Assembly: GCA_015064735.1 (NCBI GenBank)
Contig: SVRP01000002.1
Coordinates: 82,591 to 146,590 of the forward strand
DNA length: 64,000 bases
From: Oscillospiraceae bacterium
GTDB lineage: Bacteria > Bacillota > Clostridia > Oscillospirales > CAG-272
Direction: 5' to 3'
In this document: positions 15,942 through 25,138 of the stretch, piece by piece
Layout: every line of letters begins with the position of its first letter
Numbering within the stretch: position 1 is the first letter of the stretch
Made by a program: the position numbers and the translations under genes
Notes under the pieces: generated by a model
Database searches by the model: none
Told to the model about the DNA's origin: nothing
The model's input: the letters and a program-made list of their open reading frames with translations, nothing else

Positions 15942-17428
15942 GCCTTGTGTCCTCCTATTTGCCTGTTTCTGCTCAAAGTGGTTGCGCCCTCTTCGAGATT
16001 CATACCCTTTATAATTGCATTTTTTCCGTATTTTTTCTTAATTTCAAGCATAGTTTCCTGCTTCTTTCGTTCTCTTTTTGCTTCTTCGTCTCTTAACTTT
16101 TCTTCCGCCTCTATATTTTCTGACAAAGTGAAGAAGTTTAGCTGTTCGAATTCCTCGTGGCTACCGACATTTTTTTCGTCTATAAGTCGGTTAGCGCTTA
16201 TATTTATTCGGCGAACGAGAAGGTTCGGGTCAGTTATCCTATCAAATAGCTCACCTACAGCTTTCATAATAACCTTGGTAGATGACGTATAATTTCCAAG
16301 ATTAACGGTACCGTGTCCATGTTTTGGAATTTTTCTTCCGTATCTGTCAACCGTTATTTCACCTTCGTATGTCTCTTCGTTTTTAACGTTATCAATATCA
16401 TAACCTACGGTAAGAACGATTTGATCTGTAACAAGATGCTTATCCACAAGGTCAAGAACCAATAAGTCGGTCATTTCCAAGGTAACAAGTCTTGCTTTTT
16501 CACAAGAATAAGGTGTCTGCAACACCTGACCCGAGCATATACTTGTGTTTTCGGGGCTGTAAGCCTTTATATCGGCAATGGTACATGGCTCCCACCCCCA
16601 CGCATGGTCTATAAGCAGCTCTGCGTTTACGCCAAACATTCCGTAAAGCAGATCTTCATGAGTGAGAGAGCATCTTGCTACATCCCCCATAGTCATCATT
16701 CCGTGTTCTTCAAGCTTTTTTGCATATCCCTTGCCAACTCGCCAAAAATCGGTAAGTGGAGTATGATTCCATAGTAGGCGTCGATAGCTTTCTTCGTTAA
16801 GTTCCGCAATACGAACTCCGTTCTCGTCCGGTGGAATATGCTTTGCGACTATGTCCATTGCGATTTTACAAAGATAAAGATTGCTTCCGATACCTGCAGT
16901 TGCCGTTATTCCGGTGGATTTCAATACGTCTCGTATAATTTTCATGGCAAGGCTGTGAGGATCAAGCTTATATGTTCCAAGGTAATCTGTAACGTCTATA
17001 AAAACCTCATCCACAGAATATACGTGTATATCCTCGTGTGATACATATTTAAGGTATATATTATATATCCTTGCAGAATACTCCATGTAATAAGCCATTC
17101 TGGGCGGTGCAACAATATAATCAACACCAAGAGACGGATCAGAATCCAAGGCTGTCTCGCTGTAGGAGTGTCCTTTTAATCCCCTTGCCTTTCTTGATCT
17201 TTCGTAATTCACTTCCCGAATTTTTTCAACGACTTCAAAAAGACGGGCTCTACCCGATATTCCGTATTTTTTCAACGACGGCGTTACGGCAAGACAGATA
17301 GTCTTTTCGGTTCTGTTTTTATCAGCTACCACCAAATTGGTATCCATAGGATCTAATCCACGCTCTATACACTCTACCGAAGCGTAAAAAGATTTCAGAT
17401 CTATTGCAATATAAGAACGAGCTTTCAC
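15938..17428 (-). CDS. Y-family DNA polymerase (ImpB/MucB/UmuC/YqjW-like)
   Basis: YIAIDLKSFYASVECIERGLDP...NLVVAD, then SVDEVFIDVT, then the little-finger region. 496 aa. Confidence 0.9.
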   Translation of the reverse strand: MKARSYIAIDLKSFYASVECIERGLDPMDTNLVVADKNRTEKTICLAVTPSLKKYGISGRARLFEVVEKIREVNYERSRKARGLKGHSYSETALDSDPSLGVDYIVAPPRMAYYMEYSARIYNIYLKYVSHEDIHVYSVDEVFIDVTDYLGTYKLDPHSLAMKIIRDVLKSTGITATAGIGSNLYLCKIAMDIVAKHIPPDENGVRIAELNEESYRRLLWNHTPLTDFWRVGKGYAKKLEEHGMMTMGDVARCSLTHEDLLYGMFGVNAELLIDHAWGWEPCTIADIKAYSPENTSICSGQVLQTPYSCEKARLVTLEMTDLLVLDLVDKHLVTDQIVLTVGYDIDNVKNEETYEGEITVDRYGRKIPKHGHGTVNLGNYTSSTKVIMKAVGELFDRITDPNLLVRRINISANRLIDEKNVGSHEEFEQLNFFTLSENIEAEEKLRDEEAKRERKKQETMLEIKKKYGKNAIIKGMNLEEGATTLSRNRQIGGHKA

Positions 17429-17512
17429 GATAACCTCCGACAGAATTTATTACAAAGGTATTATAATAAAATTATTCCGCAATGTCAATAAAATAATCCT
17501 ATATTTTTTAAC

Positions 17513-17548
17513 AAAAAATCGCTTTCACCGTTACGGTGAAAGCGATTT
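17513..17548 (-). terminator. Rho-independent terminator after the 412-aa membrane protein gene
   Basis: ATCGCTTTCACCG pairs with CGGTGAAAGCGAT, with a U-run on the minus strand. Confidence 0.75.
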
Positions 17549-17551
17549 GAA

Positions 17552-18790
17552 TCAGTTACTTGCTTTCTTTTCTTCCTTGCATGTCTTAATGAATACGTAT
17601 ATACATCTACCCAAGAAGATCAACAATGCGGCTGCAAGTATTCCCATGAATACGTATGCAACGATCTTACCGTTGTCAGCCTGATCCATTTTGTTTGTAA
17701 CTTCCTGAATATCTGCCTTATATTCTGCAATCTGAGCCTTGTAGGTTTCCAACTTCATATCGTACTTGGGATCTGATGTCTTAAGATTATGTATTGCTTT
17801 TTCGGTTCTTGAAAGTCTCTTGCTGATGCTTTCGATTTCGGCAGGTCCGTCTGTAATAACGTAATTTGCGGCTTCTCTGATTCTGTTAACAAGAACGATA
17901 CAACCAAAAGAAAGCGCGAGAGTAGGAACGGCAGCAGTAAGGAAATTGCGGGTCAACTGGTAAATCGCGCACGCAACAAGGACACCGAGAACGATTATTA
18001 CTGCAGATATTATAACGAGAGTGGTAATATCCTTGCCGAGCTCTGCATTCTCAAGTTTAAACGAATCTATTCTTTCAAAGAGGTCGTGGAATGCGAGAAT
18101 TTTGGGCTTCTTTTCGATAAATTCCTCAATTTCAAGATCAGTATTCTCAGCTGCAAACTTCTGAGCCTTGTCTGCAAGAGAATTTGCAATAGCGCGAGAG
18201 CCGAATATTGTAGCAACTACAGATATTACGGAGGAGCCAATCATCATTAATGTGGGGAATACGTACTTTAATGCGGTGGAAACCTTTGCTCTCTGCAACA
18301 CAAAAGTACCGAAATAGTAATAAAGTGTTATAGCCGAGAAGAATATAAGTGCCAAATTAACGAGGACAAACAAATGTGCAACGGTGAATGCTCCGGCAAC
18401 CGAAAGGACACCGCCTATTCCAACTATTATTCCGAATACAACATAAAGTATAATAGACATTATCTTATTTGTATTGGGCGTAAGCGAATCGACAGGTTCA
18501 TCAAAATAAACTCCGTTCCTGAATCTTAATATCATCGGGAACACGAGAGGAATCGCAAACAGGATAATCATATAGAAATATCTCATAAATCCGATTTTGG
18601 CTTCAGTACCAAACGCGGTTACCTGATCATATACAGAACCGTATATCCATACCATTCCGATGTTGCGGATTATGAGCGTAAGCGTTATAATTGCAAAAAT
18701 AGCAATTATCTTACTCATCTTCCATTTTGGGCCACGATATACGTTTTCTCTTTCATATACTGATTCAAAATTTTGATTTTCAACGGTCAT
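17552..18790 (-). CDS. Hypothetical polytopic membrane protein (412 aa)
   Basis: About 8-9 hydrophobic segments and two helical, charged soluble inserts. No family recognised. Confidence 0.6.
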   Translation of the reverse strand: MTVENQNFESVYERENVYRGPKWKMSKIIAIFAIITLTLIIRNIGMVWIYGSVYDQVTAFGTEAKIGFMRYFYMIILFAIPLVFPMILRFRNGVYFDEPVDSLTPNTNKIMSIILYVVFGIIVGIGGVLSVAGAFTVAHLFVLVNLALIFFSAITLYYYFGTFVLQRAKVSTALKYVFPTLMMIGSSVISVVATIFGSRAIANSLADKAQKFAAENTDLEIEEFIEKKPKILAFHDLFERIDSFKLENAELGKDITTLVIISAVIIVLGVLVACAIYQLTRNFLTAAVPTLALSFGCIVLVNRIREAANYVITDGPAEIESISKRLSRTEKAIHNLKTSDPKYDMKLETYKAQIAEYKADIQEVTNKMDQADNGKIVAYVFMGILAAALLIFLGRCIYVFIKTCKEEKKASN

Positions 18791-18910
18791 TTCAATTTGT
18801 TCTCCTTAACCATATTTTATCATTCTATATTCTAGCATATTTCTATATGTTTTGTCAAGATATATTACGATAATTATTTTTTTATTTCACAATAAAAAGT
18901 AAAAAAACTA

Positions 18911-18939
18911 TTGACAAACACTTTTTAATATGATATACT
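18911..18939 (+). promoter_or_regulatory. Sigma-A promoter for ylxM-ffh
   Basis: TTGACA (18911-18916), 17-nt spacer, TATACT (18934-18939), with TGA as an extended -10. Confidence 0.55.
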
Positions 18940-18989
18940 TGTAAAGCGTTTTGGTTTACACCACTCTTTCAAAGCGAAAGGACAACGTT

Positions 18990-19325
18990 ATGTTTGAAAA
19001 AAATCTTAACGTGGGTTATCTTTTGGATTTTTACGGAGAGCTTCTCCCCGATAGAAAGCGCTCGGTTCTCGATATGTATTATAATGAGGATTTTTCCCTT
19101 TCCGAAATTGCCGATGAAATCGGAATATCCCGTCAGGGGGTCAGAAATATTATAAAAAAATCCGAGAATGAGTTGTTCTTTTATGAAGAAAAATTAGGCC
19201 TCGCCGAAAAGCTTCTTACCGTAGAAAAATATTCTGCTTCCCTTTGCGAGCTTGCAAAGAAGAATCAGATTCCGGATGACCTGAAGGATGAAATACTTCG
19301 ATTGGCAGAAGCTATAAAACAGTAG
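18990..19325 (+). CDS. ylxM: YlxM (UPF0122) putative DNA-binding protein
   Basis: YLLDFYGELL...R..VL.MYYNEDFSLSEIADEIGISRQGVRNIIKK, in the conserved position upstream of ffh. Start at ATG 18990. Confidence 0.85.
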   Translation: MFEKNLNVGYLLDFYGELLPDRKRSVLDMYYNEDFSLSEIADEIGISRQGVRNIIKKSENELFFYEEKLGLAEKLLTVEKYSASLCELAKKNQIPDDLKDEILRLAEAIKQ

Positions 19326-19363
19326 CTTCATGGATTCACTCATATGGAAAGGAGGAGAATCGT

Positions 19364-20704
19364 ATGTTCCAGAGTCTTAGTGAAAAGCTTGAAAATGCTT
19401 TTAAAAAGTTCAGAAATAAAGGAAAGCTTACCGAGGCCGATATAAAAGCGGGTATGCGTGAGATCAAGCTCGCGCTTCTCGAAGCCGACGTAAACTTTAA
19501 GGTTGTAAAGGAATTTATTGCCACGGTTTCAGAAAGAGCTGTTGGTACGGAGGTTCTTGAATCTCTGCTTCCCGCACAGCAAATAGTAAAGATAGTAAAT
19601 GAAGAGCTTACTGCTCTTATGGGAGGAACTCAGTCAAAGCTCCAGATATCGTCAAAGCCACCAACGGTCGTGATGATGGTTGGTCTTCAGGGTGCAGGTA
19701 AAACCACTCATGCAGGAAAGCTTGCGGGTATGTACAAAAAGCAAGGTAAGAATCCCCTGCTCGTTGCCTGCGATATCTACCGTCCTGCTGCTATTAAGCA
19801 GTTGGAGATTGTCGGAGAAAAGCTTGGAATTCCCGTTTTCTCTATGGGGGATAAGGTTTCTCCGGTAAAAATTGCTAAGGAAGGATTAGCATATGCAAAG
19901 CAAAAAGGCTATGACATGGTATTTTTTGATACCGCCGGCCGTTTGCACATAGATGAAGAACTCATGGGCGAGCTCCAAAACATAAAAAAAGAGGTTGAGC
20001 CCACTGAAATACTGCTTACCATAGATGCAATGATCGGTCAGGACGCTGTAACCGTTGCAAAAACCTTTAACGAGCTGTTGGATATTACAGGTGTAATTCT
20101 TACTAAGTTGGACGGTGATACCCGTGGCGGCGCTGCCCTTTCTGTTAAGCACGTTACAGGAAAGCCTATTAAATTTATCGGTATCGGTGAAAAGCTTGAT
20201 GCAATCGAGCCCTTCCACCCCGATAGAATGGCATCACGAATTCTCGGAATGGGAGACGTTCTTTCTCTCATTGAAAAAGCCGAACAGGCATATGACGATA
20301 AAAAAGCTATAGAACTCGAAAAGAAGATACGCGAATCTTCCTTTACCCTTGACGATTATCTTGAGCAGTTTGCTCAGCTTAAAAGCATGGGAAATCTTGA
20401 TCAGCTTATGGGTATGATGCCCGGAATGAAGCCGGGTGCTCTCAAGGACGCAAAGATCGACGAAAAAGCATTAGCCCACATGGAGGCAATAATAAAATCC
20501 ATGACCTATTACGAAAGAGTTCACCCCGAGGTATTGAACGCGTCGAGAAAGAAACGAATCGCCGCGGGAAGCGGAACTACCGTAGAGGAAATCAACAAGC
20601 TTCTCAAGCAATTCGACCAGACCAAAAAGCTTATGAAGCAGTTCTCAAATCCCAAGCAGATGTCCAGATTTGGACGTAAAAAGATGAAAATTCCGTTTAA
20701 CTGA
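19364..20704 (+). CDS. ffh: Signal recognition particle protein Ffh
   Basis: N domain plus G domain (GLQGAGKTT, DTAGR, TKLDGD) and a Met-rich M domain (MGNLDQLMGMMPGM). Confidence 0.97.
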   Translation: MFQSLSEKLENAFKKFRNKGKLTEADIKAGMREIKLALLEADVNFKVVKEFIATVSERAVGTEVLESLLPAQQIVKIVNEELTALMGGTQSKLQISSKPPTVVMMVGLQGAGKTTHAGKLAGMYKKQGKNPLLVACDIYRPAAIKQLEIVGEKLGIPVFSMGDKVSPVKIAKEGLAYAKQKGYDMVFFDTAGRLHIDEELMGELQNIKKEVEPTEILLTIDAMIGQDAVTVAKTFNELLDITGVILTKLDGDTRGGAALSVKHVTGKPIKFIGIGEKLDAIEPFHPDRMASRILGMGDVLSLIEKAEQAYDDKKAIELEKKIRESSFTLDDYLEQFAQLKSMGNLDQLMGMMPGMKPGALKDAKIDEKALAHMEAIIKSMTYYERVHPEVLNASRKKRIAAGSGTTVEEINKLLKQFDQTKKLMKQFSNPKQMSRFGRKKMKIPFN

Positions 20705-20762
20705 TCACGGATTTTTATAAAACAAAAAATATTATAAATTTACATTTTGGAGGAAAACAAAA

Positions 20763-21002
20763 ATGGCAGTAAAAATGAGACTTAGAAGAATGGGCGCAAA
20801 GAAAGCTCCCACCTACCGTGTTATCGTAGCAGACAGCCGTTCTCCCAGAGACGGAAGATTCATCGAGGAGATCGGTTACTTCAATCCCCGCACGGATGAA
20901 GTAAAGATCGATGCTGATAAGGCTAAGACTTGGATTGCAAACGGCGCACAGCCCACCGATACGGTTAAGGCTCTTCTCAAGAAGACAAACATCGTTGACT
21001 AA
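20763..21002 (+). CDS. rpsP: 30S ribosomal protein S16
   Basis: [42 protein letters not shown]. Confidence 0.97.
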   Translation: MAVKMRLRRMGAKKAPTYRVIVADSRSPRDGRFIEEIGYFNPRTDEVKIDADKAKTWIANGAQPTDTVKALLKKTNIVD

Positions 21003-21021
21003 TTTTGATTGGTGATATATT

Positions 21022-21258
21022 ATGACCAATTTAAAAGAAACCCTGTGCGGCATTGCAAAGGCTATCGTTGACAATCCCGATGAGGTTTCCGTAATCGAAA
21101 CAGTTAACGGCAATAAAGTCAATTTGGTACTTAACGTTGCTGAGGACGATATGGGAATGGTTATCGGAAAAAACGGTAAAATTGCAAAGGCTATCCGTAC
21201 CGTAATGAGAGCAGCAGCTAATGTTGACGGTAAGGACGTTATCGTCGATATTCGTTAA
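21022..21258 (+). CDS. ylqC: KH-domain RNA-binding protein (YlqC/KhpA family)
   Basis: 78 aa with the GMVIGKNGKIAKAIRTVM GxxG KH motif, in the conserved position after rpsP. Confidence 0.9.
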   Translation: MTNLKETLCGIAKAIVDNPDEVSVIETVNGNKVNLVLNVAEDDMGMVIGKNGKIAKAIRTVMRAAANVDGKDVIVDIR

Positions 21259-21267
21259 AAAAGCAAA

Positions 21268-21312
21268 AAATCAGGTGTCATGTTTTCAAAAGTTTGACAC
21301 CTGATTTAATTT
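21268..21312 (+). terminator. Hairpin terminator after the KH gene
   Basis: AAATCAGGTGTCA (21268-21280) pairs with TGACACCTGATTT (21295-21307), followed by a T-rich tail. Confidence 0.6.
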
Positions 21313-21325
21313 TTAAGGAAAAGCA

Positions 21326-21790
21326 ATGAACAACAGCATTTTGACCAGAAAAAAGGACACCGTAAATAAAGTAAGTCTTGCATTAAGCAATGCTACGGCA
21401 CCACTTAATGATTACTATAATTTTTTCCCCGAGGATATAAAAGCAGGACTTATCTCCTTTAAGGAACGCAGTATAGACATAAAAAGTGCATATTTTATCT
21501 GTGCATCGAAAGTAATAAATTCTATTTCTCACGTTGAATCGTATTTATCTTCCCTGCCGTCGCTTATGATTGACGCCGATAGACTTGGGGATACACATAC
21601 TGTACTGTTTTGTGATCAGGTACTTCTTGAATTTGGAGAACTGAGAAAAGCGTTAAATACGTTTACAGCTCAAAGCGAGAAAATATTGTCTACTGTCCCA
21701 CCTTCATATTCAGGATTAATTACTGTTCTATCGGAATTCAGAGTAAAGCTTAACAAGTTTATACAGTATATTAAAGCTCTTGAATGTTAA
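21326..21790 (+). CDS. Hypothetical protein (154 aa)
   Basis: ORF only. AAGGAA lies upstream of the ATG. No recognisable motif. The 3' end overlaps the convergent glycosyltransferase gene by 20 nt. Confidence 0.45.
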   Translation: MNNSILTRKKDTVNKVSLALSNATAPLNDYYNFFPEDIKAGLISFKERSIDIKSAYFICASKVINSISHVESYLSSLPSLMIDADRLGDTHTVLFCDQVLLEFGELRKALNTFTAQSEKILSTVPPSYSGLITVLSEFRVKLNKFIQYIKALEC

Positions 21791-22910
21791 CATCCCGCCG
21801 ACAAGCCAGCTTCTCATACAATGAGTAGGTTTGTCGGCTCATTTCTTTTGCATTTAGCTCGTTTTTGTAGCGCGTGTAAGCATTTTTTGATAAAAATTTA
21901 TATTTATCCACGCTGTTTGAAAGCTCTATCAAATACGTAGCCAATATTTCGTAATTCCCTACAGGATAAACATAACCGTTATATCCGTTACGCACCATAT
22001 ACGGATTTCCGCCAAAGCTACTTACAACTGCGGGGATACCAAGGCTCATTCCCTCTGAAAGAGCAAGAGACGAGGTCTCTGTTCCCTTTGAGCAATTTAC
22101 GTTTATATCTGTTATATTAAAATATGGAGCTGTATTTTCAATAAAACCCGTAAAAATCACATATCTATCAAGTCCAAGCTCTTTGCATTTTTTCTTCAAA
22201 GCATGCTCCTCACTACCGCTTCCTACAATCAGAAATCTGAAATTATCAGATTTCTCAATAATTATTTTAGCAGCATTTAACAGATCATCATGTCCCTTGC
22301 ATTTTTCAAGTCTTGCAAAAATGCTGACCAACTTAGATTCCTCGGGAATTTTTAAATTCTTCCTCAGTTGTTTTTTTTCATTATCCGAGATTCTCTCTAT
22401 TCCGTTTACCCCATTTACAATCACCGATATGTTTTTTTCTTGAATTCCCATTTCGGTTAAATTCTTTTTAGCAGCTTCAGCAACAGCTATAATATGGTGT
22501 GAAAGTAACTTCTGGCTTAACCCGTTTATATTTCTGTACAGTTTACTTTTTTGAATTTTACTTAAAGGAAAGGCACAATGTCTTGTATACAATCTCACAG
22601 GCACACGGCAAATAAATGCCGCTATTCTGCAGGATAGCGTACCGTGGCAGTTAATTATATCGGGAGAAAGTTTTCTCAGAAGCCTTATATACATAAACAC
22701 CGCAAAAAAGTCAAAGGATTTATCCCCTCTAACCCTTGCCTCAATTACTTTTATTCCGTTATCCTCAAGTCTCTTTTTTAACACACTTTTAACAGGAATA
22801 ATTACGGAAGTGTTTTGTACATACTTTTCGGGGGCGGATGAAATCCTTGTAATTAGAACCAAGCCTGCACCACCAATATTTGTATCACTTATCACCTCGA
22901 CAATTTTCAT
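21771..22910 (-). CDS. Glycosyltransferase family 4 (GT-B, GT1 superfamily)
   Basis: N-terminal GGAG..V (ISDTNIGGAGLVL) and the C-terminal EGMSLGIPAVVSSFGGNPYMV (E-x7-E type) motif. Start placed at ATG 22910 (GGAGGG RBS). Confidence 0.85.
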   Translation of the reverse strand: MKIVEVISDTNIGGAGLVLITRISSAPEKYVQNTSVIIPVKSVLKKRLEDNGIKVIEARVRGDKSFDFFAVFMYIRLLRKLSPDIINCHGTLSCRIAAFICRVPVRLYTRHCAFPLSKIQKSKLYRNINGLSQKLLSHHIIAVAEAAKKNLTEMGIQEKNISVIVNGVNGIERISDNEKKQLRKNLKIPEESKLVSIFARLEKCKGHDDLLNAAKIIIEKSDNFRFLIVGSGSEEHALKKKCKELGLDRYVIFTGFIENTAPYFNITDINVNCSKGTETSSLALSEGMSLGIPAVVSSFGGNPYMVRNGYNGYVYPVGNYEILATYLIELSNSVDKYKFLSKNAYTRYKNELNAKEMSRQTYSLYEKLACRRDVNIQEL

Positions 22911-22968
22911 CAAGCCCTCCAAGTATTTATCATGTACGTATATTGTTTAAAATTCCCTTAAAAAGCGA

Positions 22969-23007
22969 AAAAAATTCCTTATCGGCAAAACCGATAAGGA
23001 ATTTTTT
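22969..23007 (-). terminator. Terminator after the XRE-S24 regulator gene
   Basis: AAAAAATTCCTTATCGG pairs with CCGATAAGGAATTTTTT. Confidence 0.7.
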
Positions 23008-23016
23008 ATAAACGAA

Positions 23017-23802
23017 TTATTTTTTCTTAAGTCTCCCTACAACTCTTCCGCAGCAGACAGCTTCGGCATATTCTCTGAGAAGTATATCCCCGTACTCCGG
23101 ATTCAAGGAAATCAACGTATCTCCACCGTATTTTTTGAAATAGCCGTTGCCGTCAAGAATAAATATACCAAGCTCACCAACATCAACCGAATCGGTATTC
23201 TCAACCAAAAGAATGTCTCCGTCGTGATATTTGGGCTCCATACTGTTTCCCTTTATGCGAAGCGCATAATCCGCGGTCTTTGTCTTATCATTGTCAGGCA
23301 CGTTTATTGTATCGGCAGTGGTATCGTCAAGATAAACACCGGGACCTGCAGAAACAGGTAAATCATACAGAAGTATAGAACGTTTTCCGATACGTGTGCT
23401 TTCTTTTGGAGAAGGAATAGGTGAAAGAATCTTTGCTGTTTTTCTTTCGTTCGAAAGCTCAGGACTGACTCCGGCACCTACTCGCTGTGATTCCTTGGCA
23501 ACTACAAGTCTTACAAGCTCCTGACCGAATCCATCAAGGGAGCGGTATTCCTCAACAAGGGACATCTCATCCGCACTCAAGGTACAATTATTTGTGTTTT
23601 GACATGTACCGCTTACAAGATAATCTACGGTGCATCCCAAGGCATCGGCAATAGCGACAATATTAGAAAGCTTTGGAGAATCACTTATACCCGCCAAAAT
23701 CTTACTTAAAGTTCCAAGCGGTATACCTGTAAGTGAAGAAAGCTTTTCGTTTGTTATCTTCTTTTCATTCTTAATCTGCTTTATTCTGTCGATATAATCC
23801 AT
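23017..23802 (-). CDS. XRE-family HTH + S24 (LexA/CI-like) autopeptidase transcriptional repressor
   Basis: N-terminal HTH_XRE (ITNEKLSSLTGIPLGTLSKILAG). A candidate Ala-Gly cleavage site (LPVSAGPGVY). S24 catalytic motifs GNSMEP and a downstream lysine (YFKKYG). Start at ATG 23802 (GGAGGGG RBS). Confidence 0.85.
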   Translation of the reverse strand: MDYIDRIKQIKNEKKITNEKLSSLTGIPLGTLSKILAGISDSPKLSNIVAIADALGCTVDYLVSGTCQNTNNCTLSADEMSLVEEYRSLDGFGQELVRLVVAKESQRVGAGVSPELSNERKTAKILSPIPSPKESTRIGKRSILLYDLPVSAGPGVYLDDTTADTINVPDNDKTKTADYALRIKGNSMEPKYHDGDILLVENTDSVDVGELGIFILDGNGYFKKYGGDTLISLNPEYGDILLREYAEAVCCGRVVGRLKKK

Positions 23803-23901
23803 GAAGTTCCCCTCCATAATTCCTTTTATGGAACTATTATATCACAAAAAGCTATACTTGTAAAGGGGTTTTTATAAAAAAATTCCATTTTCCGAAAAAT
23901 A

Positions 23902-25092
23902 TTATAATATTTCTGAAATTGCTTTTGCAACCAGCTTTGCAGAAAGTACTGCTTCCTCAAGACTGTTTCCGCATGCTCCTATTTCAAGCAAAAGAGAGGA
24001 ATATGCAAGCTCTTGATTGTACGTAGAAGACTTCAAATAAGGTGGACGGCAAAGGTTTTCGTATTTGTCATTCAAGTTTTTTCTCAACTGTAAGGCAAGT
24101 GCAAGGTTTCTTTCCCAGTTTGGATTATGTTCTCCGCCCCAACTGCTTCCGACTACGCACATAATCTGCGCCGCAGCCTTTCCGTCAACTACTGTTACCG
24201 GACGCACGAGGGCGCCGTCTGATTTAATAATCGCGTCTCTGTGTATATCTATAACCAGTTCAATCGTAGGATATTGCTTCATGTATTTTTCTATTGTTTC
24301 TTTTGCCTTTCCGTATGCACTGCCATATCCTCCGCTGTCATGCATTATTTCACAGTGAATACTCTTTATTCCAAGCTTATCTAACTCTTTTGCCAATGCA
24401 GCTCCGACAGAAACCGTATTCTTATTCTTATCAGAGGTTCTTGCTATTTCAGAGCCGTCATCACGGTATGAGATTGCCCCATTCGCACTGTATGCCTCTG
24501 TTCCGTGAGTGTGTACTATAAGAACCTTTGGAGATGTTCCGGATGAAAGATACTCTAATTTTGGATATGCGTTTAAGTTCATATTCAGAAGGGCTGTTGT
24601 ATTGGGAGTTAGACCCGTACTGTTTTGAATATAAGAGTTTCCGTATTCCGAAAGAGAAAGATCCATTGGAACTATGGGCAGATCTCCGGAGGGAACCTTG
24701 GTATAATCAAAATCGTATATATTATCTTTGGTTACGCTTGAGCCGTTTGAATTATTGTTTTTATCATTCGGTATACTTACCGTATCTTTTGAAGGCAACA
24801 GAACTCCGTTGACGCTTTGAGACGGTTTAGTATCTATATTTGTAGTCTGCCCCGAATTATCAGAAAGTCCATACAAAATTCTTTGATATAAGGACTCACC
24901 TCGGTTGAATTTTCCGAGAAAAATAACTCCTATACATAGAATTGCAATAATTGCTGCCGTTACAAAATACATTCTGTAAATAATCTTCAGCTTTTTTTCC
25001 TTTTTCTCATAAAATATGCATTCGTCATATATCGCCATATTAAGCAATGGGGTATCCTTGGGTGGCATCAACTTTTTTACTCTATCAATCAT
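23902..25092 (-). CDS. spoIIP: Stage II sporulation protein P
   Basis: N-terminal TM, then VLIVHTHGTEAY and the DIHRD motifs characteristic of SpoIIP. Adjacent to gpr, as in Bacillus. Confidence 0.85.
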   Translation of the reverse strand: MIDRVKKLMPPKDTPLLNMAIYDECIFYEKKEKKLKIIYRMYFVTAAIIAILCIGVIFLGKFNRGESLYQRILYGLSDNSGQTTNIDTKPSQSVNGVLLPSKDTVSIPNDKNNNSNGSSVTKDNIYDFDYTKVPSGDLPIVPMDLSLSEYGNSYIQNSTGLTPNTTALLNMNLNAYPKLEYLSSGTSPKVLIVHTHGTEAYSANGAISYRDDGSEIARTSDKNKNTVSVGAALAKELDKLGIKSIHCEIMHDSGGYGSAYGKAKETIEKYMKQYPTIELVIDIHRDAIIKSDGALVRPVTVVDGKAAAQIMCVVGSSWGGEHNPNWERNLALALQLRKNLNDKYENLCRPPYLKSSTYNQELAYSSLLLEIGACGNSLEEAVLSAKLVAKAISEIL

Positions 25093-25138
25093 TTTCTGTC
25101 CTCCGTGTTTTTTAGAATTATATTCAGAGCATAAACAT

